In this document: positions 36,490 through 49,293 of the stretch, piece after piece
How the letters are laid out: the number at the start of each line of letters is the position of its first letter
Numbering within the stretch: the first letter of the stretch is position 1
Assembly: GCA_026770705.1 (NCBI GenBank)
Contig: JANJGN010000557.1
Coordinates: 124,001-188,000 of the forward strand
Source: Isurus oxyrinchus
Lineage: Eukaryota
Direction: 5' to 3'
Length of the DNA stretch: 64,000 nt
The notes under the pieces: generated by a model
The model's input: only the letters and a program-made list of their open reading frames with translations
Database searches by the model: none
Told to the model about the DNA's origin: nothing
Position numbers and translations under genes: made by a program

Positions 36490-39400
36490 CTAGAGAACAC
36501 ACAGAAAGAAATCATCACTGACTCTCCGCTTTCAATCTCTCACTCTGGCTGAACAATCAAGCTTCATATCACTGCAACATTTGCTGTAATATTGACCCAT
36601 CCACTGGGATTCAATGTGGAATGAATGTTTTCACTGTAAACACTCTAAGAGTGGACAATCGGAACTTTCCCCTTAGCGTGGAACATTGGTGAGAATGGAT
36701 CATTGTGCTGTTGGACTCTCTGTCCAATGTTTCTCTCCATCGCTGTGTACAGGATTGTGCTGTAGAAAATTCTGGAAACGTTTAGTGCAGGGTGGAAATC
36801 CATCTCAGACGTGTGTGCGAATCAGGCAGGATCGAGATGGACTCCCCCACGGACTTACACACCCCACTTAATAAACAGTTCCAATCTTTACCCAGAGGGA
36901 GGGGAGAATGTGGAACTCGCTCCCACAGGGAGTGGTTGAGGTGAACAGTATCGATGTATTTAAGGGGCAGGAGGGTCGGTAACCAGAGGGACACAGATTG
37001 ACAAACCGGAGGGGGAGATGAGGAGAATTTGTTTTGACAGAGCGAGTTGTTGTGATCTGGAAGGTGCTGCCTGAAAGGGCGGTGGAAGCAGATTCAATAG
37101 GAACTTTCAAAAGGGAAATTGGATAAACACTTGAAGGAAGAAGATGGGGGCAAAGTGGAGTGGTGGTTAGTGGATCTGATGGGATAGAACATTGAAAGAC
37201 CTGGCACAGGCTCAATGGGCTGAATGGCCTCCTACTGTGCTGTATCATTCTCCGCTTCCATGATCTCTCCCCCAGTCAGTAACCACTCCAGATCCCTCTT
37301 GAAGGTGACAGAGAAACAGCAACCACCACACCCACTGACAGCACATTCCCGAGGATCACTACTCTCTGGGAAAAGATGAACTCCCCAACATCCAGCCTAT
37401 TCCTGCTTCCCAGAGAGTGTAAACCCTTCAGGGAGGCACTGAGGAAGTTTTCAATAAAATGACATCAAATCTACCGTTTGAGAAATAATTGAATTCCGAT
37501 GAACTCACAGCTTGTGTAGCAAACTGGGAAGTGGAGTTGCTGGGAAAGCTGGGAAACACAAGGATTAAGGGCTACAATGCCACCACTGGTGGGAGGCTGT
37601 AACTACAGCGTGACGTTTACATAGGCAATCATCATTACAAACAGGGGCAGTGGACATAATGGGAATTATGTGCACGGAAATAGTGAGAACACTATGTAAG
37701 CTTTTCACCAGCAGGAATTCTCTTCCTAAACCTCTCCAACTCTCTCTTACTCTCAGATTCACAAAGAAAATCACACAGAATCAGATAAGGAAGAGTTGGG
37801 TTGGTGATTCGTCAAAGGTTAGGTTTCAGGAAGCTTCTTAAAGGGAGAGAGAGAGTTGGAGACGCAGAGAGTATCTGTGAGAGCCTCTATGCATCTGAGT
37901 GTCTGTAATAGTAATTTCCATATTCTTCCATAAATATGAATGGGAACACAAATCCCAGAATTCAGGCCAACTCTCCAGTGCAGTACTGAGGGAGGTCAGG
38001 TAACCCATGAGGGAGTGAGTGTTAGTGTTTGTGTGTGAGTGTGTCTTTGTGTGTGGTCATATATGTGTGTCTGCTTGTGTCTATTTAGTTGTGTATGTTC
38101 GATGGTGTTTGTGTAGTGTTCAAATCTGAGAGAGATATTGAAGTCTCTATAACTCAAGTTCCACAGTGATGGTTATGAACCCATCCACTGCTCCATGTTC
38201 ATTCTCTGCCACACACTGATAGTCTCCAGTGTCCCTGGATGTAACGTGAGGAATCACCAATCACAGCTAATTTTTGGAACTTGTTCTGTTCATTTGGACA
38301 TTCAGATGTCATGGCAGGAATCAAGAAGCCCGTTCACAGGATTACCAACAGAAAGTGAACAACAATTTATACTTAATGGGAAGAGAGTGCTGATTGGTTG
38401 GCAAGTGGTCTCTGATAGGTGGAGGTGTTGCCATGGAGAATGGTGTGTGCGAGATGTAAAGTTTAGACAGCTTGTCTCTTCATTCAGCAATAATCATATA
38501 AAGATCAATTAACTTCTATCGACTTTGAAGCACTTAGAGAGGCCTTAGAATGTGGATACTGAGAATGGGCTGCACTGTCAGAGGGTCAGCGCTGAGCGAG
38601 TGCTGATGTAGAATGAAAGGTGTATGTAATTACCTTGCACAGTTAGTACGAGGGTCCGCTCCGATGAAACAGATGGATATCTCACTCTGCAGCTGAGAGT
38701 GTGTCCGTGGTGTTTGAGTGATGGGATCAGGGTCAGAACAGAAGTATAGGTCAGAGTGACACCATGCTGAGTTACAGTGTTTGAGACTGATCCAGGGACG
38801 TCAGTGGGAGTGTCCCAGGTTAAGACAGGTGCTGCTGTTCCATTGCACGTTGTGTTGAAGGTGCAGCTTACATCCACAGGCTTTCCTGCAATAATTTCAG
38901 CAGGGAATATCGTGGGTTTATCTGTGAAATCTAACAGACAGAGAATGGATCCTTTTAGAGAAATATAACGTGAAGCATCAGTTCAAATAGAAATCACAGT
39001 CCCACAAGAGAAAGCACTTTTACAAGGATGATATCAGAACTGAGAGGTTACAATGATCAGGAAAGATTTTCTTGCTCTTTGGCAGTAGTGTTTCTGTCTC
39101 TCAGCTTAATACACGTTCACTCCGAGACATGTGAATTGAGAACACTGGATGAGAGAAGAGGCTCAGACCAGAGATTGGAGTTAAAAGCAGAATACTGTGG
39201 ATGCTGGAAATCTGAAACAAAAACAAAAATTGCTGGAAAGACTCAGCAGGTCTGACAGTATCAGTGGAGAGGAAGACAGGGTTAACGTTTTGAGTCCGTA
39301 TGACTCTTCATCAGACCAGAGGTTTGAGTTCACTGGCTTCTCATTTCCTCAGTGATCTGGGTGATTTATTACATTGTGTTTGTTGGATCTTGCTGTGCAC

Positions 39401-41640
39401 AAACTGCCTGCTGTGTTTAACATCTGTGACTACAATTCAGGAATAATTTCATTGGCTGTGAATGGATTTGGATCCTCCTGAGGTGGTAAATTGCGCTGCA
39501 GAAATGCACATCTTTCTTTTATCGATACGTCAGACTTTTAAACAGGACAGGAGAGATTGATGGGAGTGGATAACCTGATAATACAGTTAATGCTTTTCAT
39601 CATTGATATTAAAGTGAGTATTAGACGTTGCTTTCGGACTGAACTGGAAGCTATCACCAGGTTATTGAGAATCAGACAGTGTGTTATAATAAGCTGTGTT
39701 TTGTGTTAATATGTAAACGTCACACTTTGTGTTATTTCCCATTGAGTGTTGAATGTGAATTGTTGAGTAATTATAACACAGCACTTACCAGAAACATGAA
39801 GCTGGGTTACAGGGTAATAGTTATGGCTCGACCATTGTCAAATTTTATTCTGAAAAAATAAGGTCCTGCATCTTCCCATCTGATGTTGTTTATAATCAGG
39901 GAACAGTCGCCATCTTTCAGGTCTCCAGACAGCCGGGTCCGATGGTGGAACCATGGTAACTCGTGACTGTGATCCTTGGAGTGAAAGGCAATGGGAGCCC
40001 ATGGAATCTGATTCTCATTATTAAACCAGACTTCACCTCGCGGTTGATTTTCCAAATGTGCTGGATAACTGTAATGACATGGAATCTGTACACACGAACC
40101 TTCCTGCGCTGTCACCTCTCGTGGACTGTCACCTTTCCACTCTTGTGACAGTCCAACTGGGGAGAGAAGTATCAATATTTAACTCTGGATGGTTTGTAGA
40201 TCCACTAGACTCGATATCCACCCCCTCCATCACTGGGGCACAGTGGCTGCAGTGTGGACCATCTACAGGACACACAGGGATCTCCCCAGTGTTTCACAAT
40301 GGATAGAAGAGAATCCTGGACACAGGAATGGACAAGTTCATTCTACATTGGCTCATGGTCCTCAGGACCCTGTTTAGTGAAGCCAGTCTTCCACCCAACA
40401 CAGTGTCTACAAGACACACAGGGAAACTGTGTAAATATCTCATCTCTCTACACTGACTGGTTGAGCTTCGGTTTAACTTTCAGTTATTTTACTTCCTTAT
40501 TGTGGTTGCTATGGTGAAACTGTGCAGGAAGTGCGAGGGCTGGACTCTCTGTCTATTCTGACTGCAGCTGTGATGTGGTCGTGGTGATTTTCAGTAAAAT
40601 GAAACCCTCTGATCTCCTACATCCCGAGCTTTAGGGAGTGAATTCCAGAGCTCAGGCCCCAGGCAGCTGAAGGTCCGGCCGCCAGTATTGGAGTGATGGG
40701 AATCGGGGGATTGTCAAGAGGCCGGAATTGGAGTAACACAGAGATCTGGGACGTTGGTTGGGAGAGTTGCAGGAGGTTACAGAGATAAGGAGGCAGTGTG
40801 AGGCAATGGATGCATTTGAACAAAGAGATGTGAATTTTAAGTTTGAGATGTTGTAGGACCAGGAGTCAGATAGTTTAGGGTTGATAGGTGAATGGGACTT
40901 GGTGTGAGTTTGTACACTGGCTCACTGCTGAATCGGTTCCCAATCACAGTTCAATAAGAATGATCTTTTACAAAGGCTATTAACCATAAATCTGACCGAG
41001 CTGTCGATGATATTACCTTGGAGAAGTGACAGGAGGAAGTAAGATTTTCCAATCATTATCCACTCCCAGATATTTCATCAGCTTCTCACTCTGAAACTCT
41101 GAAAGGGAAAGGAGTTAATGAGACCTCACCTCTTGTCCACCAGCTCTCGAGAGATCAGAAATGCTCTTAGACAATGTCTTCACAGAATAATTTGATTCTC
41201 TGTGGGATGATAGGTGTTCTGCAGAGAGTTACAAGGCTTTAAGAATGAAAAACAACAAAGGACTTGCATTTCTATAGCACCATTCACCACATCAGGGCAT
41301 CCCAAAGTATCTACAGTTCCCTCATCCCTTGAGCTAGAAAGATTTTCTGTACAACAGACTTGAGCCTCACACCCAGATCTCAATAATCATAGAAATCTTT
41401 CAAAGGCATCAATCATTGGAATCTGTCTTTATAAAGTCACAACATCAACAAATGACGGTGTTGGTCGTGGAAGTGAATTCCAATCGTTCCGTTACTTACC
41501 CAGGACCTGTCTGACTGCTCGCCTGGGGAGGAACTGCCCACACGCTCTGCTTGGGCTGAATGACCTCTTCCTGTGCTGCTCCCTCTGTGTATTTAATGAG
41601 AAAGGGTTGATGTGTCTCTGTGAGACAAAATGAGGAAGTT
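36350..41640 (-). pseudogene. S3 Siglec-like pseudogene: leader 41017-41056, V 39789-40156, C 38634-38930, dead Ig3 38158-38310, TM 36350-36489
   Basis: V exon is 368 bp (1-bp deletion at about 39830, frameshift); Ig3 remnant has stops and a lost donor; a single indel could also be a sequencing error. Confidence 0.78.
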
Positions 41641-41877
41641 GGATCAAAGTGACAGAGCAGCTCATGTTTTGAGATGTTGGTGAACTGTTAACGCTTTGTG
41701 TCCTGACCCTGTGGTGATATTTCTGCTCACTGATGGACAGTCATTAACCAGGAGTTTCTCCTGTGGGTCAGTGGGTTTCACACCCGAACTCAGGGAGTCA
41801 GTATGTTGTAGAATTTTCTGGGGTTCAAGACCCCATTCAGGAGATGCCTGCCCCACAGAGTAGACTGAAATTCCCCA

Positions 41878-42545
41878 GTGTCAGTACTGAGGGAGTGCTG
41901 CACTGTCAGAGGGTCAGGACTGAACGAGTGCTGCACTGTCAGAGGGTCAGTACTGAGGGAGTGCTACACTGTCAGAGGGACAGTACTGAGGGAGTGCTGC
42001 ACTGTCGGAGGGTCAGTACTGAGGGAGTGCTACACTGTCAGAGGGACAGTACTGAGGGAGTGCTGCACTTTCGGAGGATCAGTACTGAGGGAGTGCTACA
42101 CTGTCAGAGGGTCAGTATTGAGGGGGTGCTGCGCTCTCGGAAGGTCAGTACTGAGGGAGTGCTACACTGTTAGAGGGACAGTATTGAGGGAGTGCTAATC
42201 TGTCGGAGAGACAGTTTTGAGGGAGTGTTGCACTGTCAGAGGGACAGTACTGAGGAATTGTTGCACTGTTGGAGGGTCAGTACTGATGGAGTGCTGCACT
42301 GTCGGTGGGTCAGTCCTGAGGGTGTGCCGCACTGTCGGAGGGTCAGTACTGACGGAGTGTTGTACTGTTGGAGGGTCAGTACTGAGAGAGCGCTGCACTG
42401 TCAGAGGGTCAGTACTGAGGGAGTGCTGCACTGTCGGAGGGTCAGTACTGAGGGAGTGTTGTACTGTCAGAGGTTCAGTATTGAGGGCGTGCTGCACTGT
42501 CAGAGGGTCAGTACTGAGGGAGTGCTGCACTGTCAGGGGGTGAGT
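41878..42545 (-). repeat. 33-bp minisatellite array preceded by a tRNA-SINE-like head
   Basis: Direct repeats; B-box-like GGGTTCAAGACCCC at about 41821-41834. Confidence 0.9.
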
Positions 42546-43298
42546 ACATTGCGATTCCTGCTCTGCTCTATCAGCCCCTTGGCTGGACATAAAAGCCCCT
42601 ATGTTAATGTTCAAAAACTGTTATTAATTGTATTCTGGTCACCATTTTCTTTAAAAAACAGATTATCTGATTGTCATCAGAATACCTTTCTATGGGATCC
42701 GGCTGTGCGTCATCTAGACTGTTCCAGCGAATGTATAATGAAGGGTGTCCGTACTTACCTTGCACAGTTAGTACGAGGGTCCGCTCCGATGAAACAGATG
42801 GATATCTCACTCTGCAGCTGAGAGTGTGTCCGTGGTGTTTGAGTGATGGGATCAGGGTCAGAACAGAAGTATAGGTCAGAGTGACACCATGCTGAGTTAC
42901 AGTGTTTGAGACTGATCCACGTACGTCAGTGGGAGTATCCCAGGTTAAGACAGGTGCTGCTGTTCCATTGCACGTTGTGTTGAAGGTGCAGCTTACATCC
43001 ACACGCTTTCCTGCAATAATTTCAGCAGGGAATATCGTGGGTTTATCTGTGAAATCTAACAGACAGAGAATGGATCCTTTTAGAGAAATATAACGTGAAG
43101 CATCAGTTCAAATAGAAATCACAGCCTTAAGATTAGAGATAGATGGGAGTGGATGACCTGATAACATTGATGGACACATTCAATACATTTAATCATTGAT
43201 ATTAAAGTGAGTATTAGAGGTTGCTTTTGGACTGAATGGAAGCTATCACCAGGTTATTGAGAATCAGACTCTGCGTTATACTAAACTGTGTTTTATGT

Positions 43299-44022
43299 TG
43301 TGATGAAACTATGATATTTTTCAGAATAATATTGTCGGCTTATGGGAATGAATGTGGATGGTTCCGTCTGTGGGTCTGATTTAATTGAATTTGAGTCAGA
43401 TCAACTATGAGGTTAAAATTATCAATAGAGTTTGGTGCAAAGCAGACTTCTGAAATGGGGATGGACAAGCTAGGATGAGGGTTCCACAGAAAAGCTGTAA
43501 ATGAAATTTTAGATCAGTAAAGAGAATGTTTGATTGTCAAAGGGTAGTTGGGTGTTTATAATTAACAAGATAACCAGGGCAAGGTTATTATGTGTATTCT
43601 TCCCAAAAGGAATGGGCCATATTGACAACATGAAAGATTTTTATACTATGGGAAAAGTGTATTTACCAAGACAGGTGCAACAGTGGGATTTTATACATTG
43701 GAGAGAGAGAAACCAACATAAAGAAGGATGGAAGGTTATGTGGGAGGGGGACATGAATTTCTTGAAAGGTACAGTAGGTGAAGCAGCCTTGGGTAAAACG
43801 TTTCTGTTCACTTTTGCTGCTCCAGTACTTAAAGGTGTGTTAAAAGACTTTGGAATTACACTGTCAAGTGGGTGCTGCAGTAACCTTGCCGGATTCCCAT
43901 TTCCATTTAAGATTTATTGGGATTGTTGCCTTCAAGGGGGTGTGTAGTTGGAAATTATGCTTGGCCAAGTTCCCTTTGTGGATTCTCTCCACTTGGCACA
44001 CATCACCTGCCATGTCATAACA
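43299..44022 (+). mobile_element. Solo LTR in the S4 V-C intron
   Basis: TGTGATGA...TCATAACA termini, approximate 4-bp TSD atgt/gtgt; absent from paralogous introns. Confidence 0.75.
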
Positions 44023-45721
44023 GTGTTATTATGTAAACGTCAGAGTTTGTGTTCATTCCCATTGAGTGTTGAATGTGAATTGTTGAGTAATTATAACACA
44101 GCACTTACCAGAAACGTGAAGCTGGGTTACAGGGTAATAGTTATGGCTCGGACCATTGTCAAATTTTATGCTGAAAAAATGAGGTCCTGCATCTTCCCGT
44201 CTGATGTTGTTTATAATCAGGGAACAGTCACCATCTTTCAGGTCTCCAGACAGCCGGGTCCGATGTTGGAACAGTGGTAACTCGCGATTATTATCCTTGG
44301 AGTGAAAGGCTATAAAGAATCTTATCAAGACTTTGTCATTAAATCAGATTCCAATTTGCAGTTGGTTTTCCAGACACGATGGGTAGCTGTAATGACATGG
44401 AATCTGTACACACGAATATTCCTGCGCTATCACCTCTCGTGGAGTGTCACCTTTCCACTCTTGTGACAGTCCAACTGGGGAGAGAAATATCAATATTTAA
44501 CTCTGGATGTTTTGTAGCTTCACTAGACTCGATATCCACCCCTTCCATCACTGGGGCACAGTGGCTGCAGTGTGGACCATCTACAGGACACACAAGGAAC
44601 TCCCCAAGTTTTCACAATGGATGGAAGAGAATCCTGGACACAGGAGTGGACAACTTCATTCTACATTGGCTCATGGTCCTCAGGACCCTGTTTAGTGAAG
44701 CCAGTCTTCCACCCAACACAGTGTCTACAAGATACACAGGGAAACTGTGTAAATATCTCATCTCTCTACACTGACGGTTTACCTTTCAGTTAATTCATTT
44801 CATTATGGTGAAACTGTGCAAGAAGTGTGAGGGCTGGACCCTCTGTCTATTCTGAATGCTGCTGTGATGTAATCATGGCCTCTCAGGGAATGGACTATTG
44901 GAGTTTATTCATCCCTGAATTTTGATTTTGAATTCCAGAGCTCGGGGCCCAGGCAGCTGAAGGCACGGCCGCCAATAATGGAATGATGGGAATCGGGGGA
45001 TGGTCAAGATGCTGGAATTGGAGGAGTGCAGAGATCTCGGAGGGTTGTAGGTACTGGAGGAGATTACAGAAATAGGGAGGGTTGTAATGGTGGACGAGGT
45101 TACAGAGAAAGGGAGGTTTGTAGGGGCTGGAGAAATTAACAGAGATAGCGAAGGATATAGGGGCTGGAGTTGGTTATAGAGTTAGGGAGAGTGGTAGGGG
45201 CTGGAGGAGGTTACTGAGATAGGGAGGATTGTAGGAGCAGGGCGAGGTTACAGAGGTAGGGAGTAATATATGTGCTGGAAGATGTTACAGGGATAGGGAG
45301 GTTGGTATGGGCTGGAGGAGGTAACATGGATAGGGAGAGTTGCAAAATTTTGGAGGGATTTCTACAGGATGACCTGGATTTTAATTTTCTGTTGCTGTCA
45401 GACAGGGAGTCAGTGTATATCAGTGATCACAGGGGTGATGGGTGAATGGGACTTGGTGTGAGTTTGTACACTGGCTCACTGCTGAATCGGTTCCCAATCA
45501 CAGCTCAATAAGAATGATCTTTTACAAAGACTATTAACCATAAATCTGTCCGAGCTGACGATGATATTACCTTGGAGAAGTGACAGGAGGAAGTAAGATC
45601 ATTGTCCACTCGCAGATATTTCATCAGCTTCTCACTCTCAAGCTGTGAAAGAGAAAGGAGTTAATGAGACCTCACCTCTTGTCCGACAGCTCTCCAGAGA
45701 TCAGAACTGCTTTTAGACAAT

Positions 45722-46358
45722 GGGCAGAGTTTCGCTGTCGGTGAGCAGGAGACAGGCGTGCAGTGAAATCAGCTGAGGGCCCGCCGACCTGTCAATGGCC
45801 AATTGAAGCCATTGACAGGAACATTTAAACAATGAACCGACCTGCCGGTCCAACCTTAAGGCTGGTGGGCAGGGCAGGAGCTCCAGCGACAACTAGAGAA
45901 AACATGAAACCTCATCCACCGGCGGGACGAGGACTCATGTCGGTTTTAAAAGAGTTTATTCAAGTTTTGGTGCAGTTTATTAACATGTCCCATCTAGCGT
46001 GACATTGTCACGTGAGGGGGACATGTTGAGGATTTTTTTATTTTTCTATTTTGATTGTTTGAAAACCTTTCAGCGATCTCCCTGAGGCAGCACTTAGCCT
46101 CAGGGTGATGTGGGCTTTATCATGCGCATGTGTGACAGAGCGCACTCACGCATTTGGGGAATGTCCCCACCCCCACCCCCCACCCCCGGCCCACACAGGA
46201 AGGGCATAGCCCTTCCCGCCGGACATCACGCTGGGTGGGCCTTAATTGGCACGCCCACTTAAAATGGCGGCGGGTCCCGCTTCTCCGGTGGGGATTGGCT
46301 CCCCGCCCGCTGGAGATTGGGTCAGGCCCACCCGCTCGACAGGCTGGAAATTCAGCCC
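45722..46358. mobile_element. 637-bp non-autonomous DNA transposon, PIF/Harbinger-like
   Basis: GGGC...GCCC imperfect TIRs, 3-bp TSD AAT; empty site gacaatgtc seen in paralogs. Confidence 0.75.
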
Positions 46359-47019
46359 AATGTCTTCACAGACTAATTTGATTCTCTGTGGGATGATAGT
46401 TGCTCTGCAGAGAGTTACAAGGCTTTAAGAAAGAAAAACAATGAAAGACTTGCATTTCTATAGCACCTTTCACCACCTCAGGACGCCCCCAAGCTCATGT
46501 CTCTGCACTTCCCTCATCCCTTGAGCTAGAAAGATTTTCTGTACAACAGACTTGAGCCTCACACCCTGATCTCAATAATCAGTAGAAATCTTTCAAAGGC
46601 ATCAATCATTGGAATCTGTCTTTATTAAGTCACAACATCAACAAAGGACGGTGTTGGTCGTGGAAGTGAATTCCAATAGTTCCGTTACTTACCCAGGACC
46701 TGTCCGACTGCTCGCCTGGGGAGGAACTGCCCACACGCTCTGCTTTAGCTGAATGACCTCTTCCTGTGCTGCCCCCTCTGTGTATTTAATGAGAAAGTGT
46801 TGATGTGTCTCTGTGAGACAAAATGAGGAAGTAGTAAAGGAGTGAGTAAACAGGCATTAGGAATGAGTGCGTAATTTCACAATGCGTTACAACAGAATCA
46901 AACTGTTGGCAATTCATCATGACTCTGTGATCTTTCTGTTTGCTGTTTGTTAACTTCAAATTTCTACCATGGCTCTGAGGGTTTATATTTAAAAATGCTG
47001 TTGGAGGAGAAATACTAAG

Positions 47020-47727
47020 CATGTTCTGCACTGTCGGAGGGTCAGTATTGTTGGAGTGCTACCCTGTCAGAGGGTCAGTACTGAGGGAGTGCTGCACTGT
47101 TGGCGCGTCAGTATTGAGGTGTGCTGCACTGATGGAGGATAAGCAGCGAGGGAGTGCTGCTCTGTTTGAGGGACAGCTGTGAGGGAGTTCTGCACTGTCA
47201 GAGTGTTGGCACTGAGGGAGTGCTGCACTGTCGGCCGGTCAGAACTGAGGGAGTGCTGCACTGTTGGAGGGTCTAAACTGAGAGAGTGCTGCACCCGTTG
47301 GAGGGTCTGAACTGAGGGAGTGCTGCACTGCTGGAGGGTCTAAACTGAGGGAGTGCTGCAGTGTCGGAAGGTCTGAACTGAGGGAGTGCTGCACTGTTGG
47401 AAGGTATAAACTGAGGGAGTGCTGCACTGTCGGAGGGTCTGAACTGAGGGATTGCTGCACTGTAGGAGGGTCTAAACTGACGGAATGCTGCACTGTCGGA
47501 AGGTCTGAACTGAGGGAGTGCTGCACTGCTGGAGGGTCTGAACTGAGGGAGTGCTGCACTGTTGGAGGGTCTGAACTGAGGGAGTGCTGCACTGCTGGAG
47601 GGTCTAAACTGAGGGAGTGCTGCACTGTTGGAGGGTCTGAACTGAGGGAATGCTGCACTGCTGGAGGGTCTAAACTGAGGGAGTGCTGCACTGTTGGGGG
47701 GTCTGAACAGAGGGAGTGCTGCACTGT
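47020..47727 (-). repeat. 33-bp minisatellite array (TCTGAACTGAGG variant) between S5 and S4
   Basis: Direct repeats. Confidence 0.95.
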
Positions 47728-49153
47728 CTAAAATACATTGCACAAATTGCACAAAATTGCATCTGATGCCTGTGTCTGATGCACACATGAAGTTCATGCA
47801 TTTATCAGGAATATTTCTCTCTCTTTCTGAGCAGCAAGGCAGCTTTGATATCACACCACCTACTGGCAATTGTGTGCAGCTGCAATGTGACATGTTTACA
47901 TTGAAAATTTCCATTATAAAGATGGGCACAGGAATTCATCTGACTGGAAAAAGTGACAACATGAAGTAATGTCTTTGAGCCAAGAATCTGGCAGCAAAAT
48001 AAGAATTTTAATCCATAAGTATCTACAGAACAGGCTGAACATTTTAATCACTTGTATTAATCAATGTAATTTTATTCATAACCCAAATGCTTCTTACAAT
48101 CTATCGCAGCATGAAAAAGGTGCAGCATTCAGAAAGCACATTCCAATCAGAGAACAGAGTTTAGCAACGTCACATTTCTGTTCATTCCTATTCGACCATG
48201 TTGGCTGCACACAGCCAGACAATGCCGTGGTTATGATGTGTCCACACAGCAGGACTGGGGAGCACCAGGTATAAGGAAAAGTTTCAGCTTGCTGAGGAGA
48301 AGAAGGAGAATCTCTCGTTCCAGGTTTCTCTCCGTACATTAAGAAGCAGGCATGCCGATGTTTCATTGCACTCTGTCTGCTGATGGGAGTCCGCTTGGAA
48401 ATTGCTGTTTGTGCTGATGGAAAGAATAAGCTTTTCATAAATCGAGGGATTGAATACAAACACAGGGAGGTTATGCTGAACATTTATAAAGCTCTGGTTA
48501 GGTCACAACTAGAGTATTGTGTCCAGTTCTGGTCTCCCCACTTTGGGAAGGAAGTGAGGGTCCTTGAGAGGGTGGGGAGGAGATTGAGCAGAATGGGTCC
48601 AGGGATGAGGGATTTTAGCTACAAGGTTGGGTTGGAGAAGCTGGGGTTGTTCTCCTTGGAGCAAAGGAGATTGAGGGGGGATCTGATCGAGGTGTACAAG
48701 ATGATGATGGGTTTAGATACGGTAGACAAAGAGAAGCTGTTGCCATTAGCTGATGGGACAAGGACTGGGGGACACAGATTGAAGGTTTTGGGCAGAGGGG
48801 GGATGTGAGGACGAACTTTTTTACACAGCGAGTGGTAATGAGCTGGAATTCGCTGCCTACGAGGATGGTGGAAGTGGAGACGATGAACGATTTCAAAATG
48901 AAATTGGATGGACACTTGAGGGGAAATAAACTCACAGGGATACAGGGATAGAGCGGGGGAATGGGACTGACTGGATTGCTCTACAGAGAGACAGCATGGA
49001 CTCAATGGGCTGAATGGGCTCCCACTGTGCTGGAATGCCTCTCTGATACGAAGGTGATTCTAACCAGGACACTGACCAGTTTCTTTACTATTTAACCCAA
49101 CATCACACGTTATTTGTCCGCACTGACTGACCAGATTGTTGCTGTACAAAGCT

Positions 49154-49293
49154 TCAAACAGTCTGTCGACTTCCTGTCACTGTTTGTCTCTCCCAGACAC
49201 AGACTCCAGCGATAGTGATAACCACAGCCACAAGGAATATCACAGCTCGTATTCCCAGGATCAGGATCACGTGCAGAATCTCTCCTCCACTGT
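49154..49293 (-). CDS. S5 activating-type TM and short-tail exon (H)SGGEILHVILILGIRAVIFLVAVVITIAGVCVWERQTVTGSRQTV*
   Basis: Acceptor at 49295-49294; phase 1 matches Ig3; Arg codon 49249-49247; TGA at 49156-49154; donor GTCAGT just after the stop. Confidence 0.87.

Larger units (their letters stand above)
42759..46835 (-). pseudogene. S4 Siglec-like pseudogene: leader 45571-45602, V 44109-44474, C 42759-43055; no Ig3 or TM
   Basis: Leader 32 bp (8-bp deletion); conserved Trp codon in V is TGA; essential Arg changed to Ser (HFFSIK); truncated at the minisatellite. Confidence 0.9.
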
